Assembly (NCBI GenBank): GCA_002787235.1
Contig: PCWG01000035.1
Coordinates: 31,009 to 95,008, forward strand
Source: Nitrospinae bacterium CG11_big_fil_rev_8_21_14_0_20_45_15
Lineage (GTDB): Bacteria; Nitrospinota; Nitrospinia; Nitrospinales; VA-1
DNA: 64,000 nucleotides
Direction: 5' to 3'
The notes beneath the pieces are model-generated. The model worked only from the letters and a program-made list of their open reading frames with translations, was not told the DNA's origin and did not search any database. Shown piece after piece: positions 42,362 to 51,353 of this stretch. A program made the position numbers and the translations under genes. Numbering within the stretch: the stretch's first letter is position 1; the number at the start of each line of letters is the position of its first letter.

Positions 42362-43141
42362 ATGAGTTCAACAATATCCCCAAAATCCTCTAATGAGGAA
42401 ACCATGATAGAAGGTCAAGACACTTCTATTGAAAAAAAGAAAAAATTCTGGCGCAATTGTTTTTTGGTCGGTCTCACGATCTCCCTTGCCATGGTTTTTC
42501 CGGAAAAAATCACTCAGTTGAACGAATTTATCAATTCGCCCAGCGTAGACCTGCCGCAGAAGGTGGACACAAAGGATCAGAAAAAGAAACAAGCGAAACA
42601 ATCTCTGAATAAAAATCTGCTCCCCACTAACTACGCTATGGTCAACGCTTCTGCCGACGACAAATGGATTTATTACGATCTGTCGAGCGGTGCGGCAGTA
42701 AAAATAATGGACCCTTCTTCTCTCGAATGGGATTTGGCCTTTAGAAGAAGCCAAATCATCACCAATGGGGGAGCTACCAATCGTTTTGGCAAAGCAGGGC
42801 TTCATGATATGGGGGAAGTCCCTTTTGACGAGGTACTTGAAGTCCCTTCGGATGGCTACATCGCCGATGTCGCGACAAAGACGGAGACTGAAAATCCAGT
42901 ACTCCTGAAATGGTTCAAATACAACTTCCTGACCCATAAATTGACCGCAAAAAAGAACATTTATGCTTTCAAAACAGCTGATGACAAATTCGCAAAAATC
43001 CAATTTGTAAGTTTTAATTGCGATAATGAGGAAACCGGATGTATCCGCTTCCAGTACGCCTATCAGGATAACGGTACGAATAGCTTCATGAAGAACAAGT
43101 TTGCACAGGAAGTCCCCACAGTTCAGGAAGAAAAATCCTGA
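42362..43141 (+). CDS. HmuY-family heme-binding protein
   Basis: WIYYDL, WDLAFRR..I.TNGG, WFKY, KTADDKFAKIQF motifs; N-terminal TM. Confidence 0.8.
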   Translation: MSSTISPKSSNEETMIEGQDTSIEKKKKFWRNCFLVGLTISLAMVFPEKITQLNEFINSPSVDLPQKVDTKDQKKKQAKQSLNKNLLPTNYAMVNASADDKWIYYDLSSGAAVKIMDPSSLEWDLAFRRSQIITNGGATNRFGKAGLHDMGEVPFDEVLEVPSDGYIADVATKTETENPVLLKWFKYNFLTHKLTAKKNIYAFKTADDKFAKIQFVSFNCDNEETGCIRFQYAYQDNGTNSFMKNKFAQEVPTVQEEKS

Positions 43142-43277
43142 TCCTCAACCCGTGGCGGTCTTGCATTTCCCGTTCGTCCCTGAATCAATTATAGAAAAGG
43201 GTTCAAATTCCCTTTCAGTCATGATATTTTTTATCATTCAGTATAAACAAGACAATCAATCCTCGGAGTTCTATTAA

Positions 43278-43856
43278 ATGTCCACCCTTAAAGGAATGCT
43301 TTTCAGTCAGTATGCAGGTGAAGGACTGACACACTTGATCGAAGATTTACAAAAAAAATACAAACCAAAAAAAGGACGCCGTTTCAATCACCAGAATATC
43401 ACCTACGAAATCGGCCGCCCAACGTTGAGCAACAACCAAATCGAATTTGCAATCAGCTCAAAGATTCCTCAGGACGAATTAAAAGATCAATCCAAAATGG
43501 ATATCTATTTTGACAAGATCAAAGCCCTGATGGATAAAGAAAGTAAAAAGCCCGTATCGATTGAGATGGAAAATATTGTATGGGGCACCAAACAGGACTC
43601 TGACAAAAATCGGGATTACGTCAAGCTGATCTATCAATATCCCCTGGACGATCTTTTCGATAACGAAACGGTCATTAAGAAGCATCAGGCACAGGACAAT
43701 GCTGAAGCTTTGGGAGAGATTAAAGGAGCTTATACCGACCAGGGCAAAGTGGTTCTGGACATGGTCCGTGAATCCATTCAGAAAGTTGCGCTCATGCACA
43801 TGGACTGTTTGATGAATGCCAATGACAAAGTGAAAGCAAATTTAAAAATAACTTAA
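43278..43856 (+). CDS. Hypothetical cytoplasmic protein
   Basis: 192-aa ORF with GGAG RBS, colinear with neighbours; no motif recognised. Confidence 0.7.
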   Translation: MSTLKGMLFSQYAGEGLTHLIEDLQKKYKPKKGRRFNHQNITYEIGRPTLSNNQIEFAISSKIPQDELKDQSKMDIYFDKIKALMDKESKKPVSIEMENIVWGTKQDSDKNRDYVKLIYQYPLDDLFDNETVIKKHQAQDNAEALGEIKGAYTDQGKVVLDMVRESIQKVALMHMDCLMNANDKVKANLKIT

Positions 43857-43863
43857 CCCGATC

Positions 43864-44043
43864 ATGCAAAACTTCGCTTATTTCACAGGAAGAGCCCTGC
43901 AACTCTTGGGTCTGGCGACGATGACCCTGGTAGTGTTTTTATTTTTCACCCAAATGTCTATGGAACCACTTCTGATATGGACAATTGTTGGTGGTGTTGA
44001 ATTTTATCTGGGAACCTGGTTTCTGGAAAAAGGGCCTAAATAA
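43864..44043 (+). CDS. Small two-TM membrane protein (59 aa, not in ORF track)
   Basis: MQNFAYFTGRALQLLGLATMTLVVFLFFTQMSMEPLLIWTIVGGVEFYLGTWFLEKGPK; starts 7 nt after the upstream stop and fills the gap. Confidence 0.65.
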   Translation: MQNFAYFTGRALQLLGLATMTLVVFLFFTQMSMEPLLIWTIVGGVEFYLGTWFLEKGPK

Positions 44044-44111
44044 ATAATACTAAATTCATGAGTCGCCTAGACTCCTTAGTTCGGCCCTCAATCTATCTCC
44101 CCAATTAAAAT

Positions 44112-44822
44112 ATGAAAGAATTCTTGGCTCAGTCTGGATTCCTTGCAAAAGCAAGTAATTTTGGAGCCGATTTGAGTTATTCGTTGGCTCTGGTTTTCAC
44201 GGGTTTGTTTCTTTACGCGTGGTATCTGGCAAAAAAATCCGAGGGAACAAAGCACCATCAACTGGTCTTCATCTCAATGACGACCATGATCCTTTATTTT
44301 TGTGCTTATTATTACGCCCGACAACTCGGGGTATTATCACTGGAGGGAAAAGAAGGTTTTGGCGGATCCCTGGAGGTCTACGAAAGCGTATTCAAACCCA
44401 TCCTGGTCACCCATCTTATACTGGTGACTTTAGGGTTGCTCATTGCTCCCTACCTGATCGTGCAAGGCGTCCGTGCGAGTCATAAAGTTGCGGGGAAGCA
44501 TATCCTTAGAGAAGGTGAGCAAAAAATGCAACCACAGACGTTTAAACGGGTCATGCTCATCATATTTGGTTTGTGGGCTGTGATACAAATCGCCAATCTC
44601 ACACGTGCGAACATCTCGGCGGCCTCACACATTGCCTGGGCTCTGATCTTTGCGACAGTCGCCCTCATTGCCAGTCTTGAAAAACTTATAGAGAAAATGC
44701 TTCCTAATGGAGCGCAAAGGCACCGAATATTGGGACGGGGTGCCATGATTATTTATGCGCTCACACTTGTCTCCAGCACCATGACCTACTTGATGCTTTA
44801 CGTTATTTACCCAAAAGTTTGA
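44112..44822 (+). CDS. DUF420-family membrane protein
   Basis: G..HH.L, KEGFGG, ILVTHLILV, HRILGR; about 6 TM helices. Confidence 0.75.
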   Translation: MKEFLAQSGFLAKASNFGADLSYSLALVFTGLFLYAWYLAKKSEGTKHHQLVFISMTTMILYFCAYYYARQLGVLSLEGKEGFGGSLEVYESVFKPILVTHLILVTLGLLIAPYLIVQGVRASHKVAGKHILREGEQKMQPQTFKRVMLIIFGLWAVIQIANLTRANISAASHIAWALIFATVALIASLEKLIEKMLPNGAQRHRILGRGAMIIYALTLVSSTMTYLMLYVIYPKV

Positions 44823-44953
44823 GATTTGGCTCAAATCGCCAAATTCCAAACAAAAAGAAAAGAGCAAGACCGCCTCATTGACTCTTATCGAGTCATTTCC
44901 GGTTGCCTTGCCCAGCTTTGATTCACATTAAAACCTTCAAGGAAATGTTTCAC

Positions 44954-44983
44954 TTGACACTTTTCACGGACCTATGATATCGT
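44954..44983 (+). promoter_or_regulatory. Sigma-70-type promoter for the small-protein transcript
   Basis: TTGACA-N18-TATCGT with extended -10 TG. Confidence 0.5.
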
Positions 44984-44994
44984 CGCCAGAATTA

Positions 44995-45240
44995 AATGAC
45001 CTCGAAATACATAAGTAGGAGGTAAACGGCAGTCAAGCCGTTGACTCCGAGGCCAATATAAACGATTGTATCAAATATTTTTCCATCTTTGCTGGCCATA
45101 CAAGCTCCTGGGCAGGGGTTGGTTGATCGATCAATAACTAAAAGCCTAGAACTTACCATCAGAGATTTGTGGCTGTCAAGACTAAACCAAAAGCAAGTTA
45201 TACTTTATAATTTATAATATAATCAACAACCTATAGGGGC
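44995..45240 (+). promoter_or_regulatory. Putative structured 5' leader or ncRNA (no family recognised)
   Basis: Nested complementarities CCTC/GAGG, GGAG/CTCC, AACGGC/GCCGTT; alternative AGTCAA/TTGACT; second hairpin at 45104-45119. Confidence 0.35.
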
Positions 45241-45245
45241 ATTCA

Positions 45246-45350
45246 ATGGATCTCGAAAAACTTAAGGAAAAAGCAGGGCCGTGGGTTTATGTTGGAACCG
45301 TAGTATTTTGTTTATGGTTCTTTTACTGGTTCGCTTCCGTTTGGCGTTAA
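45246..45350 (+). CDS. Small single-pass membrane protein (34 aa, not in ORF track)
   Basis: AGGGG RBS; MDLEKLKEKAGPWVYVGTVVFCLWFFYWFASVWR. Confidence 0.65.
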   Translation: MDLEKLKEKAGPWVYVGTVVFCLWFFYWFASVWR

Positions 45351-45408
45351 TCTGAACGGCTTAAAAATTTTAGATAAAACTGTATAGAACAAGGGAGACC
45401 TAAGAAAA

Positions 45409-45588
45409 ATGGAAGACGAAGCTAAAAAATTTATTACGGGCAAGTCCATCATGTGGTTTTTAATTGCCGCAATCGCCATGGGTTTTTATTATCTGATCAT
45501 TGATATCGGGTTGATGAAAGTTCAAGGTTTGGACTTCTTCTATCTCTGGAGTTCTGGTGACACAGGCGGAGGCGGAGGCGGACACTAG
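45409..45588 (+). CDS. Small single-pass membrane protein (59 aa, not in ORF track)
   Basis: GGGAG RBS; MEDEAKKFITGKSIMWFLIAAIAMGFYYLIIDIGLMKVQGLDFFYLWSSGDTGGGGGGH; followed by a terminator. Confidence 0.7.
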   Translation: MEDEAKKFITGKSIMWFLIAAIAMGFYYLIIDIGLMKVQGLDFFYLWSSGDTGGGGGGH

Positions 45589-45608
45589 TCCTTTGCTACT
45601 GAAGATTT

Positions 45609-45653
45609 AAAAATGACAAGTTTCTCTAACGAGAGGCTTGTCATTTTTTTTTT
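45609..45653 (+). terminator. Intrinsic terminator
   Basis: ATGACAAGTTTCTC-TAAC-GAGAGGCTTGTCAT followed by a T10 run. Confidence 0.85.
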
Positions 45654-45711
45654 GCCACATTTACGCGTCTCAATGAGATTCCTCATAGACCCTACTCATA
45701 CTCCTTAGTGC

Positions 45712-46371
45712 ATGAAACCAGAACCATCCTGTAGAATTTATTTGATCCGTCACGGCGAAACCGCTAATGCCGGTAAAGTTCGTTTCAACGGTCATCACGA
45801 CGTCGAATTGTCCGCAAAAGGTCAGCAACAGCTTCGTCTCGTCTCCGACGCATTGAAGCATTGTTCTATTGATGCGGTGTACAGTAGCGATTTAAAACGC
45901 ACCATGGAAAGTGCCCGGATCATCGCCGAGCCTCATGACCTGAAGTTAACTACTTTCCCGGAATTGCGTGAACTGTCTTTTGGAGAATGGGAAGGTCTCA
46001 GCGTTGACGAAGTCGAACAGAAATATCCGGGTCAATATTTGAAACTATTTGAAAATATCGACATCGAGTGTCCTCCAGGCGGAGAATCTTTCCTGCAACT
46101 CCAAAATAGAGTGGTCCCTAAATTCCGGGAAATTGTCCAAAGCCACCCCTCCCAATCCATCGTCATCGTCGCACATGGCGGGGTCAACCGCACTTTACTG
46201 TCTCACCTCCTTGAGATGCCCATAAAAAAAATGTTTCGCCTGAATCAGGAGTACGCCGCCGTCAATATTATTCAATACTATGGAGACGAACCTGTTCTGG
46301 AACTTATTGGTGCCGACCATCATCTAATGCAACGAGAAGCCGCTCCTGAAAAAGTCGTAAAATTTCAGTAG
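45712..46371 (+). CDS. Histidine phosphatase (CobC/alpha-ribazole phosphatase-like)
   Basis: LIRHGET, YSSDLKR, LRELSFGEWEG, PGGES, AHGGVN. Confidence 0.85.
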   Translation: MKPEPSCRIYLIRHGETANAGKVRFNGHHDVELSAKGQQQLRLVSDALKHCSIDAVYSSDLKRTMESARIIAEPHDLKLTTFPELRELSFGEWEGLSVDEVEQKYPGQYLKLFENIDIECPPGGESFLQLQNRVVPKFREIVQSHPSQSIVIVAHGGVNRTLLSHLLEMPIKKMFRLNQEYAAVNIIQYYGDEPVLELIGADHHLMQREAAPEKVVKFQ

Positions 46372-46574
46372 TGAGGCACACCGGCAAATCGCCCTGCATT
46401 CCATGCGGTCATGTGTTTCAGGAAGTCATCCTTTGACGGATTCCACGACCGCGATGAATAAATTTTCGGATTAAATCGGGTTCCCGCTCAAAGAAGATGT
46501 TCTATTGAGTAATCTATTTTTCACAGCGAGCCTTGGCCCATTGGGCCTTCGCCCATTCAATGATCTGGGCTTCA

Positions 46575-47381
46575 ATGACAAATTCACTGATAAAAATCCG
46601 TAACGCCGATGTCTGTATCAATGGTGTCCATGTATTGCATTCCTTGTCCTGGGAAATGACTGCCGACCAAAACTGGGCGGTTGTTGGAAACAATGGTGCG
46701 GGGAAAACAACGTTCATGAAACTGCTGTTCGGTGAGTTGATTCCCATGTATGGGGGAGAAACCACATGGTTTGGCGTTCCTGGACTGCGCCCCTTGAGTG
46801 AAATTCGTCAGCACATTGCTTTTGTATCCGCTGAATTTCAGGAAAATTACTCTCCCAATTTGCAAGGCTGGCAGGTTGTCGTATCTGGCCTGTTTCATTC
46901 TATCGGACTTTATGGACCGCCGGTCACGGCTGAGCAAAAAAAAACCGCACTGCAATGGATGGACTTTCTGGACATTGCAAACCTGGCCGAGAAAAGATTT
47001 CATAACTTGTCCTACGGCGAAGCCAGACGCATCTTACTCGCACGCGCGCTTGCACGTCGACCTCGCTTGCTGATTCTGGATGAACCCTGTGCCGGGCTGG
47101 ACATCCCGACGCGCGAACTTTTCCTGAAGACGCTTTCCAAGCTTTCGGAATCTGACACACGAATCGTATACGTCACTCATCACATTGATGAGATCATGCC
47201 GCTGATCACTCACACGCTCTATTTAAAAAATGGCAGGGTCTTTTTACAGGGCGAAAAAGAGAGTATGCTTAAGGGCGAGATACTGTCCAAAGCTTTGGGA
47301 TGTGAGATCTCCGTGCAAAAAAATTCCGATCGTTACTGGATCACTGACAGCCGTTTACAAAATATAAGGACTCCAAAATGA
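46575..47381 (+). CDS. ModF-like ABC ATP-binding protein
   Basis: GNNGAGKT, LSYGEARR, LDEP, VTHH; ATG 46575. Confidence 0.85.
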   Translation: MTNSLIKIRNADVCINGVHVLHSLSWEMTADQNWAVVGNNGAGKTTFMKLLFGELIPMYGGETTWFGVPGLRPLSEIRQHIAFVSAEFQENYSPNLQGWQVVVSGLFHSIGLYGPPVTAEQKKTALQWMDFLDIANLAEKRFHNLSYGEARRILLARALARRPRLLILDEPCAGLDIPTRELFLKTLSKLSESDTRIVYVTHHIDEIMPLITHTLYLKNGRVFLQGEKESMLKGEILSKALGCEISVQKNSDRYWITDSRLQNIRTPK

Positions 47382-47962
47382 AACCCATCGCAATCTTATT
47401 ATCACTCCTGACATTGGCTGTCACCTTACTGCTCACAAGTTCGGCGTATGCCCTCAGCGCGGAAGAATGGTTCAACAAAGGCAACGAATACAGTCAAAAG
47501 GAGCAATGGCAGGATGCGGTCAATGCGTATAAAAAATCCATCGAAATGAACCCCTCTGCAACCGTCGCACATATGAATCTGGGGTTGACCTATAAGAAGT
47601 TAAAAAATTACGACGAGGCGCAAAAAAGCTTTGAAACGGCTGTAGAACTTGAGCCGCAAAATATAGATGCCAGATTCAATCTGGGCAACATCTATAACTT
47701 CTTGAAAAGGTGGGAGGACGCAATCGCGCAGTTGAACATCGTCGTGCATCGCAGTCAAAACGATGCTCAGGCACACGGCAATCTCGGCTGGGCCTATTTC
47801 AACTATAAGGGCGAGCCGCCTTTTAAAATCCTGACGGTCGTCAATCTGGAAAAGGCGATTTCCCTGTTTGAGGAACAAAATATGAAAGCGGCGGCTGATT
47901 CCACACGCGCCATTCTCGAACAAGCTCTCGTCAAATACAAGCCCACGCCTTTATCAAAGTGA
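47378..47962 (+). CDS. Exported TPR protein
   Basis: Signal peptide (AYA); AEEWFNKG, AHMNLG, ARFNLG, AHGNLG repeats; ATGA overlap with upstream gene. Confidence 0.85.
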   Translation: MKPIAILLSLLTLAVTLLLTSSAYALSAEEWFNKGNEYSQKEQWQDAVNAYKKSIEMNPSATVAHMNLGLTYKKLKNYDEAQKSFETAVELEPQNIDARFNLGNIYNFLKRWEDAIAQLNIVVHRSQNDAQAHGNLGWAYFNYKGEPPFKILTVVNLEKAISLFEEQNMKAAADSTRAILEQALVKYKPTPLSK

Positions 47963-48035
47963 TTGAGTTGCAAGGGCACGCACAAACAAGGCGAAACAAA
48001 TTCCCAAAATGGAATCTGTAAAATGAGGAAGTTTC

Positions 48036-48719
48036 TTATTTTCGTTTAGGAAGAAAATTTTCGATTTTCCAGTCAACTTCAAGAACCGCATCGGCTCCCG
48101 CACGGGTTTTATAGTTAACAAAACCATTTTCCGCACCAAATAAGAACAAATCGCGGGTGATTTCAACGTCCTTTTTACAATAGTGGATGATCTTTTCCAT
48201 AAAGCTTTGATCACCGCTACGTTCAAACTCTTTATACCACTCCAGAGAAACCAACCCGTCTGCACTTTTTTCAGCCCCCAACGTGTATTGCGCCAGATGA
48301 TTCAAGGCGAGTCGAAATTTCAATTTCTTATAGACATCCAAAATCATGTCAAAGGTATTGATTTCATGTAAATCAAATTTTGCATAAGGTTGCATGACCG
48401 TATAATCAAACCCGATCACATTGAACCCCACTACCAGATCGGCGGATCGCAGTTTTTCCAACAAGGCATCCGCATCTTCTTCCCGGTAAGTGATGTATCG
48501 CTGTTCCAGACTGTCCCATACAACACCCACTGCCATTTTCATCTTGTGAATATTGGCCCAGCCACCTACATCCATCGATCCCTTTTGCGTTTCAAGATCA
48601 AAATATAAGATCCGCGGCTCTGATTTTTCTTCCAATCCTGCGTCTTTTTTAACTTCTGGAGTCGCAACTTCCTCATCCAAACTGCCAAACAAGCCCAATT
48701 GTTCGTTCATAGCCTTCAC
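48036..48719 (-). CDS. YprB-like RNase H-fold (DEDD) exonuclease domain protein
   Basis: YFDLET, VGFNVIGFD, YCKKDV. Confidence 0.8.
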   Translation of the reverse strand: MKAMNEQLGLFGSLDEEVATPEVKKDAGLEEKSEPRILYFDLETQKGSMDVGGWANIHKMKMAVGVVWDSLEQRYITYREEDADALLEKLRSADLVVGFNVIGFDYTVMQPYAKFDLHEINTFDMILDVYKKLKFRLALNHLAQYTLGAEKSADGLVSLEWYKEFERSGDQSFMEKIIHYCKKDVEITRDLFLFGAENGFVNYKTRAGADAVLEVDWKIENFLPKRK

Positions 48720-48980
48720 TCATTGATGAATTTTAATGGAAAAGACACTTTAGCGCTCGACCGTAGCAAATCAAGTCTTTTCTCCTCAACTCAGTGAATT
48801 TGATCCTCTCACCAAAAAACACCTGTAGCCTTTATTATAACTGTTAATCCAGTTTCAACCACGATAGGGGCATCGCAATCGATGTTTTGCCTTCCATCCG
48901 ATCAATTAACCACAATAAATTCAATTAGCTAATAAATTAATGTCATAAATCAGGCCCTGCCAGGTCACCAAAGATAGCGT

Positions 48981-49008
48981 TAAAGTTTGGCATTTGATTA
49001 CCCGATAC
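48981..49008 (+). promoter_or_regulatory. Sigma-28 (FliA) promoter of fliD
   Basis: TAAAGTTT-N12-CCCGATAC, about 50 nt upstream of fliD. Confidence 0.65.
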
Positions 49009-49056
49009 ATCTAACAAGACAGTAAGTATTCTTGTATCTAAAATTGGGGAAATGGA

Positions 49057-50676
49057 ATGGCGATTGCCAGTCTTTCTGGAATCAATTCAGGTCTTGACTC
49101 GTCAGGTATCGTAAACAATCTGGTTGCGCTTGAAGCTCGGCCGATTGACGTACTGATATCTCAGCAAGAGACGGAAAAAGACAAGCTGGCCGCTTTTCAA
49201 GATCTGCAGTCTCGACTCCAGACCTTCAAAAGCGTCGTCAATACAATCAATACCGAAAGTCGTTTTTTATCCTCTCAAGGAGAATTTTCAAACAGCGACC
49301 CCTCCAGTAATAATACAGTCGTTGACATAACGACGGCCAATACCGCAACTTCTGGAACTTTTTCACTGACCGTAAATCAACTCGCCAGAGAAACAAAAAT
49401 AATCTCCCAGGGATTTGCAACGACAACTTCCGAGATTACCTCCGGGCGGGTCGAAATATATGACGGAACCAAAACCACATTCATCGATATCGATTCCAGC
49501 AACAACACCGTTGACGGACTTCGACTGGCCATAAACAATTCCGGGGCAAACGTAAGTGCCTCTTTCTTAAACGACGGCGATCCGAACTCTCCCATTCGAC
49601 TGCTTATATCTGGCACGAAAACCGGAGAAGACAATGCCGTCACCATTTCTCATAAGTTTGGCAGCATAGGCGGGGACGAGATCGTCCTGACCGATTTTAC
49701 ACAAACCCAATCGGCCCAAAACGCAGAATTAGTGATTGACGGCGTTTCGATATCGAAAAATTCAAATCTCGTCAATGATGTCATCACCGGTACAACCCTA
49801 TCCTTGCAGTCCACAGGAACGGGGACTTTAAATATTTCGACCAACATCAATAATATATCTGACAAGGTTTCAAATTTTGTCGATGGGTTCAATGAACTCA
49901 TGCTGTATTTGAACGAACAGTTGGCGGTTGATGTCTCAGCAGGTAAAACGGGAACGCTGTTTGGAAATTTTACGGTCCAGAATCTACAGCAAAACATGCG
50001 ATCCAGCATCACCAGTTTGGTCAGCGGAGTTTCTGGAGATTTTAAGTATTTATCGCAAATCGGGATTTCAACCAATAAAGACAGCACCATTTCTCTGGAC
50101 AAATCGACACTGACCAGTGCGATTGCCCAAGACCCACAAAACGTAAGTCAGTTATTTTCCAGTAAAGGAACAACCAGCAACACAGGGGTTACCTTTGTAG
50201 GCTTTACCAGCAAGACAAAAGCTGAGACTTATGATATTCGTGTCCGTTCAGGAGTTCCACAACTCAGCAAGTCGGGGGCAAACGATTATACCAACGCAAC
50301 AGGATCAGGTAATTTTTTTGCAGGTGCCAGCGGAACGGATGCTGAGGGCCTCAACTTTCGTATTTCAAATTTGGCCGATGGCGATTATGGCTCCGTCACT
50401 CTTTCTATAGGTGTTGCAGAAATACTGAATCGGACACTGAACACTCTGGTTGACACATCCCAGGGGGGTCCGCTTGCTACAGAAATAGATACGGTCGAAG
50501 AAACCATTAGCAATCTGGAAGACACCATCAATGTGCAAGAAGGTAGATTGACTCTGTTTGAACAAGATTTACAGCGCAAATTCACCAACCTGGAAATCGT
50601 TGTCGGGAAATTGAACTCACAAAGAGACACATTTTCCCAAGCGATTGCAGGGATTCAAAATCTATTCAAGAAATAA
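49057..50676 (+). CDS. fliD: Flagellar filament cap protein FliD
   Basis: GINSGLD..IV..LV..E..P N-terminus, TVNQLA, AQNA...IDG, LSQIGI, L.RKFT.LE....KLNSQ C-terminus. Confidence 0.95.
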   Translation: MAIASLSGINSGLDSSGIVNNLVALEARPIDVLISQQETEKDKLAAFQDLQSRLQTFKSVVNTINTESRFLSSQGEFSNSDPSSNNTVVDITTANTATSGTFSLTVNQLARETKIISQGFATTTSEITSGRVEIYDGTKTTFIDIDSSNNTVDGLRLAINNSGANVSASFLNDGDPNSPIRLLISGTKTGEDNAVTISHKFGSIGGDEIVLTDFTQTQSAQNAELVIDGVSISKNSNLVNDVITGTTLSLQSTGTGTLNISTNINNISDKVSNFVDGFNELMLYLNEQLAVDVSAGKTGTLFGNFTVQNLQQNMRSSITSLVSGVSGDFKYLSQIGISTNKDSTISLDKSTLTSAIAQDPQNVSQLFSSKGTTSNTGVTFVGFTSKTKAETYDIRVRSGVPQLSKSGANDYTNATGSGNFFAGASGTDAEGLNFRISNLADGDYGSVTLSIGVAEILNRTLNTLVDTSQGGPLATEIDTVEETISNLEDTINVQEGRLTLFEQDLQRKFTNLEIVVGKLNSQRDTFSQAIAGIQNLFKK

Positions 50677-50721
50677 ATAAGCCACACAAACGAACAGAAA
50701 CAACGAGGAGTGTTTTGATTC

Positions 50722-51138
50722 ATGGTCCCTGCTAATTTTCATTCTCAATATAGAAACAACGAGATATCAACTTCCAGTCAAGGGAAGTTGATAATAATGA
50801 TGTATGAGGGTGCTATTAAATTTACCCGCATGGCTATCAACAGCATCGAAAAAAATGATATTCCCAAAAAGGGACTCTATATACGAAAGACCCATGACAT
50901 CATAAATGAACTTTCATTAGCTCTCGATCGCGAAAAAGGTGGAGATGTGGCCGAAAAACTGGAATCGTTGTATGACTTCATCATTCGCCAGCTCACCCTG
51001 GCCAATATTAAATCCGATGTAAAATGTCTGGAGTCTGTCATTCGCATCCTCACCCCTCTTCTTGAGGCCTGGCAACAACTATTGATCGACAGTGAACCCA
51101 AATACGTCGCCGCAAAATCCATCACCGCGCACTGTTAA
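50722..51138 (+). CDS. fliS: Flagellar export chaperone FliS
   Basis: Y....I.TSS..KLIIMMYEGAI, II.EL..LD..GG.VA..L..LY, L.EAW. Confidence 0.95.
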   Translation: MVPANFHSQYRNNEISTSSQGKLIIMMYEGAIKFTRMAINSIEKNDIPKKGLYIRKTHDIINELSLALDREKGGDVAEKLESLYDFIIRQLTLANIKSDVKCLESVIRILTPLLEAWQQLLIDSEPKYVAAKSITAHC

Positions 51139-51353
51139 CTCTTTCAGGTATTTACCTTTAAAGAATTCGAGGCATTGCTTTTTAAAATTATTCTGAAATC
51201 AATCCAACCTCAGACAATACTTGTATGACATTGTAATTAGATACTTTATATTGCCAGAAACTGGAAATTTTGTTATCCTCCACGGGTAATTTTGCACCTT
51301 TCAGATTTGAAATTTTCCCCCACCTCTTTCGCGGAAAACCATTTCAAAATTCC

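Noticed and set aside
44995-45060. Assignment of the leader to a known riboswitch (c-di-GMP, cobalamin, fluoride, yybP)
   Set aside because: Conserved core motifs of those families were not found, despite a CobC-like gene downstream
45123-45134. TTGATCGATCAA as an FNR box
   Set aside because: FNR needs TTGAT-N4-ATCAA; the spacer here is 2 nt, so it is kept only as an unexplained palindrome
45565-45582. (GGCGGA)3 tandem repeat
   Set aside because: Simply encodes the poly-Gly tail of the 59-aa protein
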